A stretch of DNA of 39,780 bases from Bacteroidaceae bacterium (GCA_017450985.1 JAFSSN010000057.1:1-39780); one strand, 5' to 3'. Counted from the first letter of the stretch, positions 1 to 9,095 are shown. Made by a program: numbers and translations. Notes: generated from the letters alone by a model not told the origin.

Positions 1-1
1 C

Positions 2-388
2 GTTCCACCACCATTGGCATTCGACATCCTGCACGAGATTGAGAAGAAACTTCCTGGATTCCCAATCGTTCTCCACGGTTCTTCTTCTGTTCCAATGGAG
101 GAGGTTAACACCATCAACAAGTACGGCGGTAAGCTCGAGGCAGCTATCGGTATTCCAGAGGAGCAGCTCCGCAAGGCTTCTAAGTCAGCTGTATGTAAGA
201 TCAACATCGACTCTGACTCTCGTCTCGCTATGACTGCTGCTATCCGTAAGTACTTGGCAGAGAACCCATCTCACTTCGACCCACGTCAGTACCTCAAGCC
301 TGCACGTGAGAACATGAAGAAGATGTACATCCACAAGATTGTGAACGTACTCGGTTCTGACGGCAAGCTCGCTTGCGCTAACAAGTAA
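2..388 (+). CDS. fba: Fructose-bisphosphate aldolase class II, C-terminal fragment (gene starts left of the window)
   Basis: The open frame runs from the window edge. FPIVLHGSSSVP...CKINIDSDSRLAMTAAIRKYL...FDPRQYLKPARE is typical of the class II FBA C-terminus. TAA stop, followed by a hairpin terminator. Confidence 0.9.
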   Translation, partial: VPPPLAFDILHEIEKKLPGFPIVLHGSSSVPMEEVNTINKYGGKLEAAIGIPEEQLRKASKSAVCKINIDSDSRLAMTAAIRKYLAENPSHFDPRQYLKPARENMKKMYIHKIVNVLGSDGKLACANK

Positions 389-427
389 TTTGTACATATA
401 TAAAATAATTTTGTATTGTATTGCTAA

Positions 428-460
428 GGTGTTCTTTCGCGACGAAAGAGCACCTTTTTT
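428..460 (+). terminator. Rho-independent terminator after fba
   Basis: ggtgttctttcg / cgaaagagcacc stem (one G-U pair), 3-nt loop, followed by TTTTTT. Confidence 0.6.
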
Positions 461-570
461 GATGCCGCAGCCGCAAGCATGGGGATTTAGGCAGTTTTTT
501 CGCACTGCATCTTCTCCGTTTCGCAATTATTATATATCTTTGCCACAAGAATCAATTTTGATGATTAGAA

Positions 571-1530
571 ATGAGGATAATAATACTTGACGGATATACA
601 GTTACTCAATCAGACCTTGACTGGTCAGAACTTGAAAAATTAGCAGATGTAGAAGTTTACGACAGAACAACACCCGACGAGATTGTGAAAAGATGTAAGG
701 GCGCGGAAATGGTTCTCACCAACAAGGTGGTTCTTGACGCCGCAACGCTCAATCTCCTTCCAAGACTGATGTACATCGGAGTGCTTGCTACGGGATACAA
801 TGTGGTTGACCTCGAGGCGGCAAACAAGCAGAGCATCACAGTAACCAACATACCATCGTACAGCACCGACAGCGTGGCGCAAATGGCTTTCAGCCACATT
901 CTCAACATTGTGAACCGAACGGATTACTACGCTCAGGAAAACAGATGCGGACGATGGTACAACAGCCCTGACTTCTGCTACGTGAACCATCCTTACCAGG
1001 AGCTTGCGGGCAAGCGCATAGGAATTGTGGGATTGGGCAACACGGGCATGGCAACTGCCAAGATTGCACTTGCTTTCGGTATGTCGGTATATGCCTACAC
1101 AAGCAAGGACGCGGACGAACTGCCTTCTGACATAAAGAAGATGGAGATGGACGATCTCTTTGCTACATGCGACATCGTGAGCCTCCACTGCCCCCTCAAC
1201 GAAGAGACGCGCGAACTGGTGAACGCACAGCGCCTGGAGACGATGAAGCCTAACGCCATCCTCATCAATACGGGACGCGGCGGTTTGGTGAACGAGAAGG
1301 ACGTGGCTGATGCGCTGAACTCAGACGTTATTGCTGCATACGGTGCCGACGTGTTGTCGCAGGAGCCTCCTACCGACGACAATCCACTGCTGAAGGCTAA
1401 GAACTGCTATCTAACACCGCATATTGCATGGGCAACGCGCGAGGCACGACAGCGTCTGATTGACACGTGTGTGGCAAACGTGAAGGCTTTCATCGACGGC
1501 GAACCTATAAACCAGGTTAACAAGGAATAG
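571..1530 (+). CDS. D-isomer-specific 2-hydroxyacid dehydrogenase (glycerate dehydrogenase-like)
   Basis: 319 aa. NAD-binding GIVGLGNTGMATA (GxGxxG), RGGLVNE and the catalytic-His region TPHIAWATREA. Confidence 0.9.
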   Translation: MRIIILDGYTVTQSDLDWSELEKLADVEVYDRTTPDEIVKRCKGAEMVLTNKVVLDAATLNLLPRLMYIGVLATGYNVVDLEAANKQSITVTNIPSYSTDSVAQMAFSHILNIVNRTDYYAQENRCGRWYNSPDFCYVNHPYQELAGKRIGIVGLGNTGMATAKIALAFGMSVYAYTSKDADELPSDIKKMEMDDLFATCDIVSLHCPLNEETRELVNAQRLETMKPNAILINTGRGGLVNEKDVADALNSDVIAAYGADVLSQEPPTDDNPLLKAKNCYLTPHIAWATREARQRLIDTCVANVKAFIDGEPINQVNKE

Positions 1531-1566
1531 ACGGTCGGCTCCCTGACGAGGGTGCATAGACATACA

Positions 1567-1616
1567 AAAATACTCGTGATGCTATACGTTATCTGCATCA
1601 CGAGTATTTTCGTTTT
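1567..1616 (+). terminator. Rho-independent terminator after the dehydrogenase
   Basis: Perfect 14-bp stem aatactcgtgatgc / gcatcacgagtatt, 12-nt loop, T-rich tail ttcgtttt. Confidence 0.7.
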
Positions 1617-1660
1617 ATGTAATGAAGAGGGGCGATTCGCGTAATATGGAGCTTCACATC

Positions 1661-1870
1661 GCTTCATGAGTTTTTGTGCGTCACTTCATGAAAGCTTTTG
1701 TTGTGCGTCATGAAAACCTGTATGTCATGTCATGTGAAGACTCACGCTGCTTCATGAAGTTCTGTGCGTCACTTCATGAAAGTTTTTGTTGTGCGTCATG
1801 AAAAACTGTATGTCATGTCACGTGAAGATTCACGCTGCTTCATGAAGTTTTGTGCGTCACTTCATGACGT
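1661..1870. repeat. Tandem repeat, 88-bp period, about 2.4 copies
   Basis: gcttcatga recurs at 1661, 1749 and 1837 (exactly 88 bp apart) with near-identical flanks. It lies in a convergent intergenic gap. Confidence 0.9.
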
Positions 1871-1935
1871 TTTTCTTATTGCGTTACGAGGAGTTTCATT
1901 TCGCGCACCGTCGATGCATACTCCCTGCGCCTTTG

Positions 1936-2490
1936 TCATTCAAACTTGCCGTCCTTCCACTCGAAAGTCTTAGGTTCTGGCTCCTTGACGTTCTTGTCCA
2001 ACTGGAACGGATCGGAGAAGGAAATGTTCAACGACCATGAATGTGGCTTGAAGGTCATGGCGCAGAAATGCTCCTTGTCCTCGAACTTGAGGAAACGTTT
2101 CCTCGGCAGTATTGCCCAATCGGGCGAATAGAAGGTCAGTTGGCTGTCGGTGTACTTGTCGTTGGCAACGACCGACCACACGACTGCCACGACGTAGGAG
2201 CTGTCCTTTAGCGGCAGTACCTTAAGCTCTACCGTGCTGCAAGCAGATACCCTTATGTGTGCAAAGTCGTCTGTGAGCGTCGTCATCTCGCTCTTTCCTC
2301 CCAGCTGGTTAGTCACCTCCGCCTTCATCTTGCTGTCGATATAATCGACGAAATCGAGGCGGTTGTTGAGTGAAAGAAGCGGTATAATGCTGTCTGGCAT
2401 AGTTCTTACGATGTCCTTCATATTCTGTGCCATGCCTTCGGTGAAAGACAAGCATGACATAACAATAAGCAATATTATATTTTTTCTCAT
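1936..2490 (-). CDS. Secreted hypothetical protein, DUF3256-like
   Basis: 184 aa. Signal peptide MRKNIILLIVMSCLSF. MPDSIIPLLSLNNRLDFVDY...NQLGGKSEMTTLTDDF resembles Bacteroidales DUF3256 (recalled from memory, not searched). Confidence 0.6.
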   Translation of the reverse strand: MRKNIILLIVMSCLSFTEGMAQNMKDIVRTMPDSIIPLLSLNNRLDFVDYIDSKMKAEVTNQLGGKSEMTTLTDDFAHIRVSACSTVELKVLPLKDSSYVVAVVWSVVANDKYTDSQLTFYSPDWAILPRKRFLKFEDKEHFCAMTFKPHSWSLNISFSDPFQLDKNVKEPEPKTFEWKDGKFE

Positions 2491-2575
2491 ATTCTATATA
2501 TCATATACGATGCAAATGTAACCATTTTTTAATTAAAAGATAGCATGCCGGTGCGCCAATTCGGCCGATTTTCAC

Positions 2576-2583
2576 TATCTTTG
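2576..2583 (+). promoter_or_regulatory. Bacteroidetes-type -7 box (TAtcTTTG)
   Basis: Matches the TAnnTTTG consensus. It lies 22 nt upstream of ATG 2605 and inside the longer ORF-track start at 2545, so it argues for the 2605 (or 2593) start. Confidence 0.5.
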
Positions 2584-2604
2584 CACATACAAATGACAAA
2601 CGTA

Positions 2605-3984
2605 ATGAAAAGAGACATACTCAAAAGCACATTACCTATAGCTCTCTCTTTCTTCCTCAAACCTATGCTGCACGCGCAGGAAAGCGTTGACGCGGAGTAT
2701 TACCGTCGCCTCGATTCCATCATGCAGCGCAGGAATGCAGAGCAGATGGCACAACAAGCTGTCGTGCTCGGCGACTTCAAGCGGCTGGAGGACGAGATGG
2801 AGTTTCACTTCGACTGGGCACATCCCATGACGAAGGGCTTGGTGCTGTGCTTCACGCAGTCGTCGTTCCGTGAGCGCGAAGCCACGTTCCGCGAGTACCA
2901 TAAGAGCAAGGAGGATTACGCAGTGGCGGCGGCTCCGTTTGCCATTAACTGGGCTTTGAAGGCTGCCGGTGTGAAGAGCCAGAGCAGTACACAGCGCATG
3001 ATTACGGCTAACGCCATGGCGCTGGCGCTTCATGTCGGGCTTACACAAGGCATAAAGACGGCGGTTGACGAGCCGCGCCCTAACGGGGTCGATAACAAAT
3101 CCAATCCTTCCGGCCATACGTCGCTGGCATACATGAGTGCGGCTATTCTCAGCCGTGAATACGGGTATCTGAGCCCCTGGGTGACGGTGGGAAGCTACGG
3201 CTGCGCCACAGCCACGCAGTATCTGCGAATGAGGCACAACAACCACTGGATTAACGACACGTTCATCGGGGCGGGAATCGGCATGCTGTCCGTTGACCTT
3301 GCCTACTACCTCACCGACCAGCTGCTCGGAGCAAAGGAGATTAACAACCTTGGCAATACGCGCCTTGACCTCCTGCGCATGGCGAAGCAAAACACCATGC
3401 CGTCGGGATTGCGCTACATGGCAGGTACGGAATCAGGTTCTAAGACGATACACATGCGCGACCTGCAGATACTGAACGGATATGGGGGCACAGCTGAGGT
3501 GAAGACGAGTGCCGCCTACGCCGTTGGTGTGGATGCAAGTTTGTTTCTCAATCCTTACTTCTCTATTGAGGCTCTGGCGCGTATGTCGTCGGCACATGCA
3601 AAGGTTGACGCCACGCCTTCGGCAAGTAAGTCGGAGTTTTTCAGCGGCGACAGCTTCACAATGTACCACTTCGACCTGGCAGCCAACTTCGGCTTCCCAT
3701 ACAACATAACAAAGCGACTGGGATACAAGGCACTCTTAGGAGTACGCTCTACCCAATCGCTTACGCTTGACAGCTACACAACAGACGCTGCCGGTAACCT
3801 TAATTCCACTCCCTTCATCCATGTTCCAGGGCAGACGAAGTTCGAGGTCGGTGCGGGCATGAGCTACGACGCTCTCGACCATAAGAACTATGCTGTAGGT
3901 TTCAATATCGAATATTATCATACTTTCTCGTCGATAATGCCTAACCGTTACACGGCATTAGCAACGTGGAAAGTATTCTTTTAA
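2605..3984 (+). CDS. PAP2-superfamily phosphatase with signal peptide and C-terminal beta-barrel-like domain
   Basis: All three PAP2 motifs are present: KTAVDEPRP (Kx6RP), PSGH and RMRHNNHWIND (Rx5Hx3D). The N-terminal signal is MKRDILKSTLPIALSFFLKPMLHAQ. The last ~200 aa have alternating beta-strand character and a terminal WKVFF. Confidence 0.8.
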   Translation: MKRDILKSTLPIALSFFLKPMLHAQESVDAEYYRRLDSIMQRRNAEQMAQQAVVLGDFKRLEDEMEFHFDWAHPMTKGLVLCFTQSSFREREATFREYHKSKEDYAVAAAPFAINWALKAAGVKSQSSTQRMITANAMALALHVGLTQGIKTAVDEPRPNGVDNKSNPSGHTSLAYMSAAILSREYGYLSPWVTVGSYGCATATQYLRMRHNNHWINDTFIGAGIGMLSVDLAYYLTDQLLGAKEINNLGNTRLDLLRMAKQNTMPSGLRYMAGTESGSKTIHMRDLQILNGYGGTAEVKTSAAYAVGVDASLFLNPYFSIEALARMSSAHAKVDATPSASKSEFFSGDSFTMYHFDLAANFGFPYNITKRLGYKALLGVRSTQSLTLDSYTTDAAGNLNSTPFIHVPGQTKFEVGAGMSYDALDHKNYAVGFNIEYYHTFSSIMPNRYTALATWKVFF

Positions 3985-4030
3985 GCATTAGCACATAGTG
4001 GTGCCAGCGCACCTGCACAGCGACAGAAGG

Positions 4031-4624
4031 CTAAAGGTCGTCTTCTGTCGTAGCACCACGCACGCGAGACAATGTCTCCGGCGTCATCTGCAAGTAGGAA
4101 GCCACATTGTGCAGCGGTGCACGGCGCACGATGTCGGGGTTCTCTCGCAAGGTGCGAAGGTAGCGTTCCTTGGCACTCTCAAATCGAATGACATCGGCTT
4201 TCTGCTGTGATATGATGAGCGAGCGCTGCTCTATGGCGAAGATGAGCTTGCAGAACTCGAACGAGCTGCGTGCAAGCTCATAAAGTTCATCATGAGGAAT
4301 ACCATATATAATGCCCGGTTCAAGCATAACAATTCCTATCTTTGAGGGTTCGCGAAGGAAGAAACTCTCAATGCAAATTACCATATCGCCTTCGTGTGCG
4401 ATATGTTCCGTTACAGACATCTTACCTTTACGGTAGTATTGCAGCACAAGGCCGCGCTCAACGTAATACATATAGTCGCACACCTCGCCCTCTGTCAGCG
4501 CATGGGCACCGCGGAGAAGCTTTCGTGGCAACAGTATCTCTGCAAACCGCTCCATGTTCTCAGGACTTAATGCTACGTTGTATGAGCGGCATATCTCACG
4601 GGCAACATCACGTTTTTTTTCCAT
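4031..4624 (-). CDS. Crp/Fnr family transcriptional regulator
   Basis: 197 aa. Cyclic-nucleotide-binding-like N-terminal domain, and a C-terminal HTH (HNVASYLQMTPETLSRVR). Confidence 0.85.
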   Translation of the reverse strand: MEKKRDVAREICRSYNVALSPENMERFAEILLPRKLLRGAHALTEGEVCDYMYYVERGLVLQYYRKGKMSVTEHIAHEGDMVICIESFFLREPSKIGIVMLEPGIIYGIPHDELYELARSSFEFCKLIFAIEQRSLIISQQKADVIRFESAKERYLRTLRENPDIVRRAPLHNVASYLQMTPETLSRVRGATTEDDL

Positions 4625-4714
4625 AATCTTAGTTTATAATTCTTCTTAAGTGTTGATTAGTTGATTTCTGTCTTTTTATTGGTTTCTGTAATGCATGGCG
4701 GTTGTTTTTACCCG

Positions 4715-5401
4715 TCACACCGCGGTAAACGGCTTTGAATAGTCGCGTTCGCCGAATATCATACTGCCGACGCGCACCATCGTGCTATGCTCCTGCTGTG
4801 CGATGAGATAGTCGCCGCTCATGCCCATGGACAATTCGCGGAATGAGGCTTCGGCAGGGAAATACTTGTCACGCACCTTACAGAAGGTGTCGTAGGCAAG
4901 ACGGAACTCCGAATGAATCTGCGCCTCGTCGTCGGTATTCGTTGCCATACACATAAGCCCTACTACCCTCACCCCGTGCAGCTCACGCCATTCTTCCTGC
5001 GAAAGAACGTCGAGCAGCTCGTCAGGTGCAAAGCCGAACTTGGTTTCTTCCTGTGCCACATGCAGCTGCAGCAGACAGTCGATGACGCGTCCGCACTTCT
5101 GCGCCTGCTTGTCAATCTCACGCAGCAACTTCATGCTGTCCACTGCATGGATAAGGCTGACAAACGGTGCGAGGTACTTCACCTTGTTAGTTTGCAAGTG
5201 TCCTATGAAGTGCCATTCAATGTCCTTCGGCAAAACCTCGTACTTGGCGACAAGCTCCTGAACGTGGCTCTCGCCGAACACACGCTGTCCGGCATCGTAA
5301 GCCTCCTGAAGCTCAGCCACAGGATGGTACTTCGACACGGCAACAAGACGAACGCCTTCCGAAAGGCTTTCCTTAACCCTGTTCAAATTCTGGCTTATCA
5401 T
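4715..5401 (-). CDS. yggS: YggS-family pyridoxal-phosphate homeostasis protein
   Basis: 228 aa. LVAVSKYHP (PLP lysine), HFIGHLQTNKVKY and LSMGMSGDY. Confidence 0.9.
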   Translation of the reverse strand: MISQNLNRVKESLSEGVRLVAVSKYHPVAELQEAYDAGQRVFGESHVQELVAKYEVLPKDIEWHFIGHLQTNKVKYLAPFVSLIHAVDSMKLLREIDKQAQKCGRVIDCLLQLHVAQEETKFGFAPDELLDVLSQEEWRELHGVRVVGLMCMATNTDDEAQIHSEFRLAYDTFCKVRDKYFPAEASFRELSMGMSGDYLIAQQEHSTMVRVGSMIFGERDYSKPFTAV

Positions 5402-5855
5402 TCTTCTCCGGTTTTGTAGTGTAAGGGAAAACGTCGAGGATTGTCGTCTCAGTAACGGCAGCTATCTCGTAGTCGCTCATAGAGCCTTTCATTCCCTCAT
5501 CAAAATAACGTATAGCTTCACGAACATCTCCTGCCTGAACAAGAATATTCTGTGACGAACGCTTTTCCTGCTGTGTCTTCTCGTCGAGCGTTATGAACAC
5601 ACATTTTACCTTGTACCACTTATCGGCACTATCAAGTTCGCATGGGAACATTTCCGCATAGCGTGCCTTCTTAATGTTTTCAACATCGAGCTGACCGCTA
5701 CAATACGGAGATATCTCCTCTATGATTCTGGCTTCTGCTTCAGTGAAGTTAAGCGCGTCCACGAGATAAGTCTCAGGCACTTTCTTGGGAAGGTCACTAC
5801 CCTCCACCTGCTTCTCCACCTTCACCTTACACTCAAACCATCCGTTAATAATCAT
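5373..5855 (-). CDS. DUF4494-like hypothetical protein
   Basis: 160 aa. Its 3' end overlaps the yggS start by 29 nt. MIINGWFECKVKVEK...LNFTEAEARIIEE resembles DUF4494 (recalled from memory). Confidence 0.65.
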   Translation of the reverse strand: MIINGWFECKVKVEKQVEGSDLPKKVPETYLVDALNFTEAEARIIEEISPYCSGQLDVENIKKARYAEMFPCELDSADKWYKVKCVFITLDEKTQQEKRSSQNILVQAGDVREAIRYFDEGMKGSMSDYEIAAVTETTILDVFPYTTKPEKNDKPEFEQG

Positions 5856-5925
5856 AATCTATAATAGTTTTAATTGTTGAATATTTCTTTGCTTTATCCT
5901 ATTCCGCAATCGGGAATAATAGTCG

Positions 5926-5933
5926 CAAAGATA
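5926..5933 (-). promoter_or_regulatory. Candidate -7 box for the DUF4494-yggS operon
   Basis: CAAAgaTA on the + strand equals TAtcTTTG on the minus strand, about 70 nt upstream of the start at 5855. Confidence 0.4.
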
Positions 5934-6071
5934 TAAAAAAACAACAATAGCCTTACACTTTTCCGAAGACTTTCACACATTATTGCAAAATATTCACGAA
6001 ATTTGCCGTCGTTTTTCAATTACAACTTAATAGATTCAGAACAATTTTATTGATACAAAACATTTAAATTT

Positions 6072-7208
6072 ATGAAGAAACTATTCAGTTATGCTCTCAT
6101 GGCGTCACTTTTGTCCATGCCGGCATATGCAGAGAATGAGACAACAGACATTGTCACTAATAACAATTCAGCAACAGAGGAAACAACTGCCGGTGTTGAC
6201 GCACCAGAGCCAGCAGGCTTCCTCACAAGCGCCATCAACGAAAGCCTCGCACAAGCTGCAGACGATGTTGAGTACGGACGCAAAGTGACTCAGTATGCAA
6301 GCGCACCTAAGTTCGGCGGCTACGCCATCGGCAAATACACTTACTCTGACAAGGACGGCGCAAAGGGCGGCACAGGCTTCTCACAGCGTCTCATCCGTCT
6401 CTATGTGGACGGTACTATCCTCAACGACTTCAAGTACCGCATCCAGATTCAGACAAACAACAACACATTCCACATGAAGGATGTGTTCATCGAGTGGCAG
6501 AAGTACGAATTTGCCAAGATTAAGGTAGGTCAGTTCAAGCGTGCTTTCGGATTTGAGAACCCTATGAACCCATGGGACATCTCAACCGGCGACTATTCTT
6601 ACTTCACTAAGAAGATGACTGGCGACTACAGAGGCGACTCTTGGAGCGGCGGTGGTCGTGACCAGGGTATCCAGGTACAGGGTGACTTCCTCAAGGTGGG
6701 AGAAGACAACCACAACCTCATCCACTATCAGCTTGGCATGTGGAACGGCGAAGGCATCAATACTAACGATGCTGACGGCGAGAGAGATTACATCGGTACT
6801 ATACAGTTCCAGCCAGTAAAGGGCTTCATCATCGGTGCTTTCGGCTGGACAGGCGAAAACGCAGGTGAAAAGCGCAACCGCTATGCTTTCGGCGTGAAAT
6901 ACGACAACAACGACGGATGGTGCGTACGCGGTGAGTGGGGACACAGCCACTACACTACCGGCAGCGACGATGCTTGGTACTTATTGGTTGGAAAGACTCT
7001 CAACGACTGGTTCAAGCTCTCTGCTCAGTACCAGACTTTCCGCTACAACAAGTCATGGCAAAATGCACAGTGCACATACTCACTCATTCCTGAGTTCCAG
7101 CTGCACAAGAACCTGAAGTTCCAGATTCAGTACAATTTCAACAACTTCAGAGCTTCTGCCGACCGTCACCACAACGAGATTTGGGCAGAGACTTACTTCC
7201 GCTTCTAA
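6072..7208 (+). CDS. Outer-membrane porin (phosphate-selective porin O/P-like family)
   Basis: 378 aa. Signal peptide ending AYA, beta-strand periodicity throughout, and C-terminal ETYFRF. Confidence 0.7.
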   Translation: MKKLFSYALMASLLSMPAYAENETTDIVTNNNSATEETTAGVDAPEPAGFLTSAINESLAQAADDVEYGRKVTQYASAPKFGGYAIGKYTYSDKDGAKGGTGFSQRLIRLYVDGTILNDFKYRIQIQTNNNTFHMKDVFIEWQKYEFAKIKVGQFKRAFGFENPMNPWDISTGDYSYFTKKMTGDYRGDSWSGGGRDQGIQVQGDFLKVGEDNHNLIHYQLGMWNGEGINTNDADGERDYIGTIQFQPVKGFIIGAFGWTGENAGEKRNRYAFGVKYDNNDGWCVRGEWGHSHYTTGSDDAWYLLVGKTLNDWFKLSAQYQTFRYNKSWQNAQCTYSLIPEFQLHKNLKFQIQYNFNNFRASADRHHNEIWAETYFRF

Positions 7209-7234
7209 GCATCGGAACGAACAGACATAAGAAT

Positions 7235-7274
7235 TCCAGTTAGAGAAGAATAAATCTCTAACTGGATTTTTTTC
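7235..7274 (+). terminator. Rho-independent terminator after the porin
   Basis: Perfect 12-bp stem tccagttagaga / tctctaactgga, followed by a T7 run. Confidence 0.75.
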
Positions 7275-7403
7275 ATAATGGAACGGTATCTGCGCAAGTC
7301 ATTACTCATTGCCCCGAAGAAAAAAAAGAAAGGCCGTGCAGTCTTTGACAGCATATTTGTATCTATATAAATGGGGCTTACCACGATAGTACCCATTGAC
7401 ATT

Positions 7404-9095
7404 ATGGATTTAGACGCTTTAATTCAAAGGGCCAAAGAAAAAGACCCTAATGCTTTCGACATAATATACAGGACATACTATCCCAAGATGACTGGGATAT
7501 GTATGAACATCATTAAGTAGGACAAGGCTACAGTTGACGACCTTGTCCATGACGCGTTTATCATGGCATTCGTGTCTATAGGAAGTCTCAGGGACAACAG
7601 CAAACTCGGCGAATGGCTGACATCCATAGTACGTAATGTAGCACTAAAGCATGTGGAGCAGAGAAAAAGGATTCGCACGCTGTCCCTATCCGCTGTCAAC
7701 AGCGAGGAAGCGGCATTCATCGACTCTTCAGCATCGCCCGATGCCGACCTTAGCCACAAGGAACTGCTCGAGCTTATCAGCTTACTCCCCGAAGGCTACA
7801 GCAAGATTCTCCGCCTTTCGGTCATCGACGGCTTTTCGCACAAGGAGATTGCCGACATGCTGGGCATAGAACCGCACAGCTCATCGTCGCAGCTGTCAAG
7901 AGCCAGGCGTCTGCTGAAACGCATCATCAACAGCAGGATTGCGGGCATGATAGTCATTTTGCTGTTGCCTTCCACATGGTATTTGCTATTCCGTCAAGAA
8001 AAGGACAAGGGCGCAGAAAAGGAAATAGTAAGCATAAAGCACGGCAAACAGCCAGAAACTGACACCAGAAACAATCTCGCCGAGCAGCAAGAGAACGCAG
8101 AAAACAGTCATGAGACACGACATCGTGCACCAACAAGCGCGGGAAATATATTGACGGTTCATTATGACATTACGCCATCATCATCCGGCACTGACTCCGT
8201 TGCCGTCACTCCTCAACATGACATCAGCGGCGACATCATCATATCAGAACGCACAAATGACTCACTCGACACGAGCAATCAGAAATCCGCAACGAGAGAC
8301 ATCACTTTGCCAGAGGACGATAATGCCGTAAGGTCTCGCAAGAAGAAATGGCAGTTCCTCGCAGCCGGCTCTCTCGGTCCTGCACTGGCACAGAATGTTT
8401 ACAAGCTGATTGCCGTAAACCGTTCTTGCAGTTCTGATATTGACTCAGATGGGACAGACACACCTATCCACACAAACACGTGGGAGGAATTACACCAAAT
8501 TCTCTCTGCCAACACTTCAGCCATAACCTCAGCCGACACGCTTGCCATGATGGAGATTGCAAGCCACAACGCAGGCAAGATAGAACAGAAAGAACATCAC
8601 GACCAACCTGTCACCTTCGGCATTTCGATTACCAAGTCCATCGCCAAGAACTGGGCACTCGAAACAGGCCTGCAATATTCTATTCTCAACTCACAATTCT
8701 ATTTGGGCGAAAACGGCTATTCGGTCATCGACAAGCAGAAAGTTCACTATCTCGGCATCCCGCTCCGCGCATCATACACATGGATGAATCACAAACGGCT
8801 GTCGGCATACAGTTCGGCTGGAGTGACCATGCACATTCCTGTATATGGAAAAGTGAAGAGCAACTACGTCGTCAACTGGCAGGACGCCTACTCCGAGAGC
8901 AGGCATTTCACTCCATCCATGCAATGGCAGACGGGGGTAAGCCTCGGATTGCAATACAAATTTGCGCCAAACGCCAATTTGTTCGTAGAACCAACATTCA
9001 ATTGGTTCATTCCTTCCGGTAACGACACACATACCACCTGGACAGAGCATCCATTCATGTTCACATGTCCGTTCGGAATTAGAATAACATGGTAA
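7404..9095 (+). pseudogene. ECF sigma-70 factor fused to a TM segment and a C-terminal OMP-beta-barrel-like domain, interrupted by an in-frame TAG at 7518-7520 (longest intact ORF 7563-9095)
   Basis: ATG 7404 is in the same frame as ORF 7563. MDLDALIQRAKEKDPNAFDIIYRTYYPKMTGICMNIIK-TAG-DKATVDDLVHDAFIMAF...WLTSIVRNVALKH forms one continuous ECF region 2. Region 4 is LPEGYSKILRLSVIDGFSHKEIADMLG. The TM segment is IAGMIVILLLPSTWYLLF. The C-terminus resembles the OMP_b-brl_2 type. Confidence 0.65.

Noticed and set aside
1661-1870. The 88-bp repeat (and the 33-bp array at 25282) as CRISPR arrays
   Set aside because: The units are directly adjacent with no unique spacers, the period is wrong for repeat-plus-spacer, and there are no cas genes in the window.
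2545-2604. N-terminal extensions given by the ORF track (2545, 13505, 19964, 24247, 24351, 27016, 33130)
   Set aside because: In each case an internal Met begins a canonical family N-terminus or signal peptide. In several cases a TAnnTTTG -7 box lies inside the proposed extension. The starts were therefore trimmed to 2605, 13403, 19919, 24217, 24405, 26941 and 33043.
5373-5401. The 29-nt overlap between DUF4494 and yggS as a sign of a frameshifted fusion
   Set aside because: Both ORFs are full length with their own start and stop. Short overlaps of co-transcribed genes are common, so no frameshift is needed.
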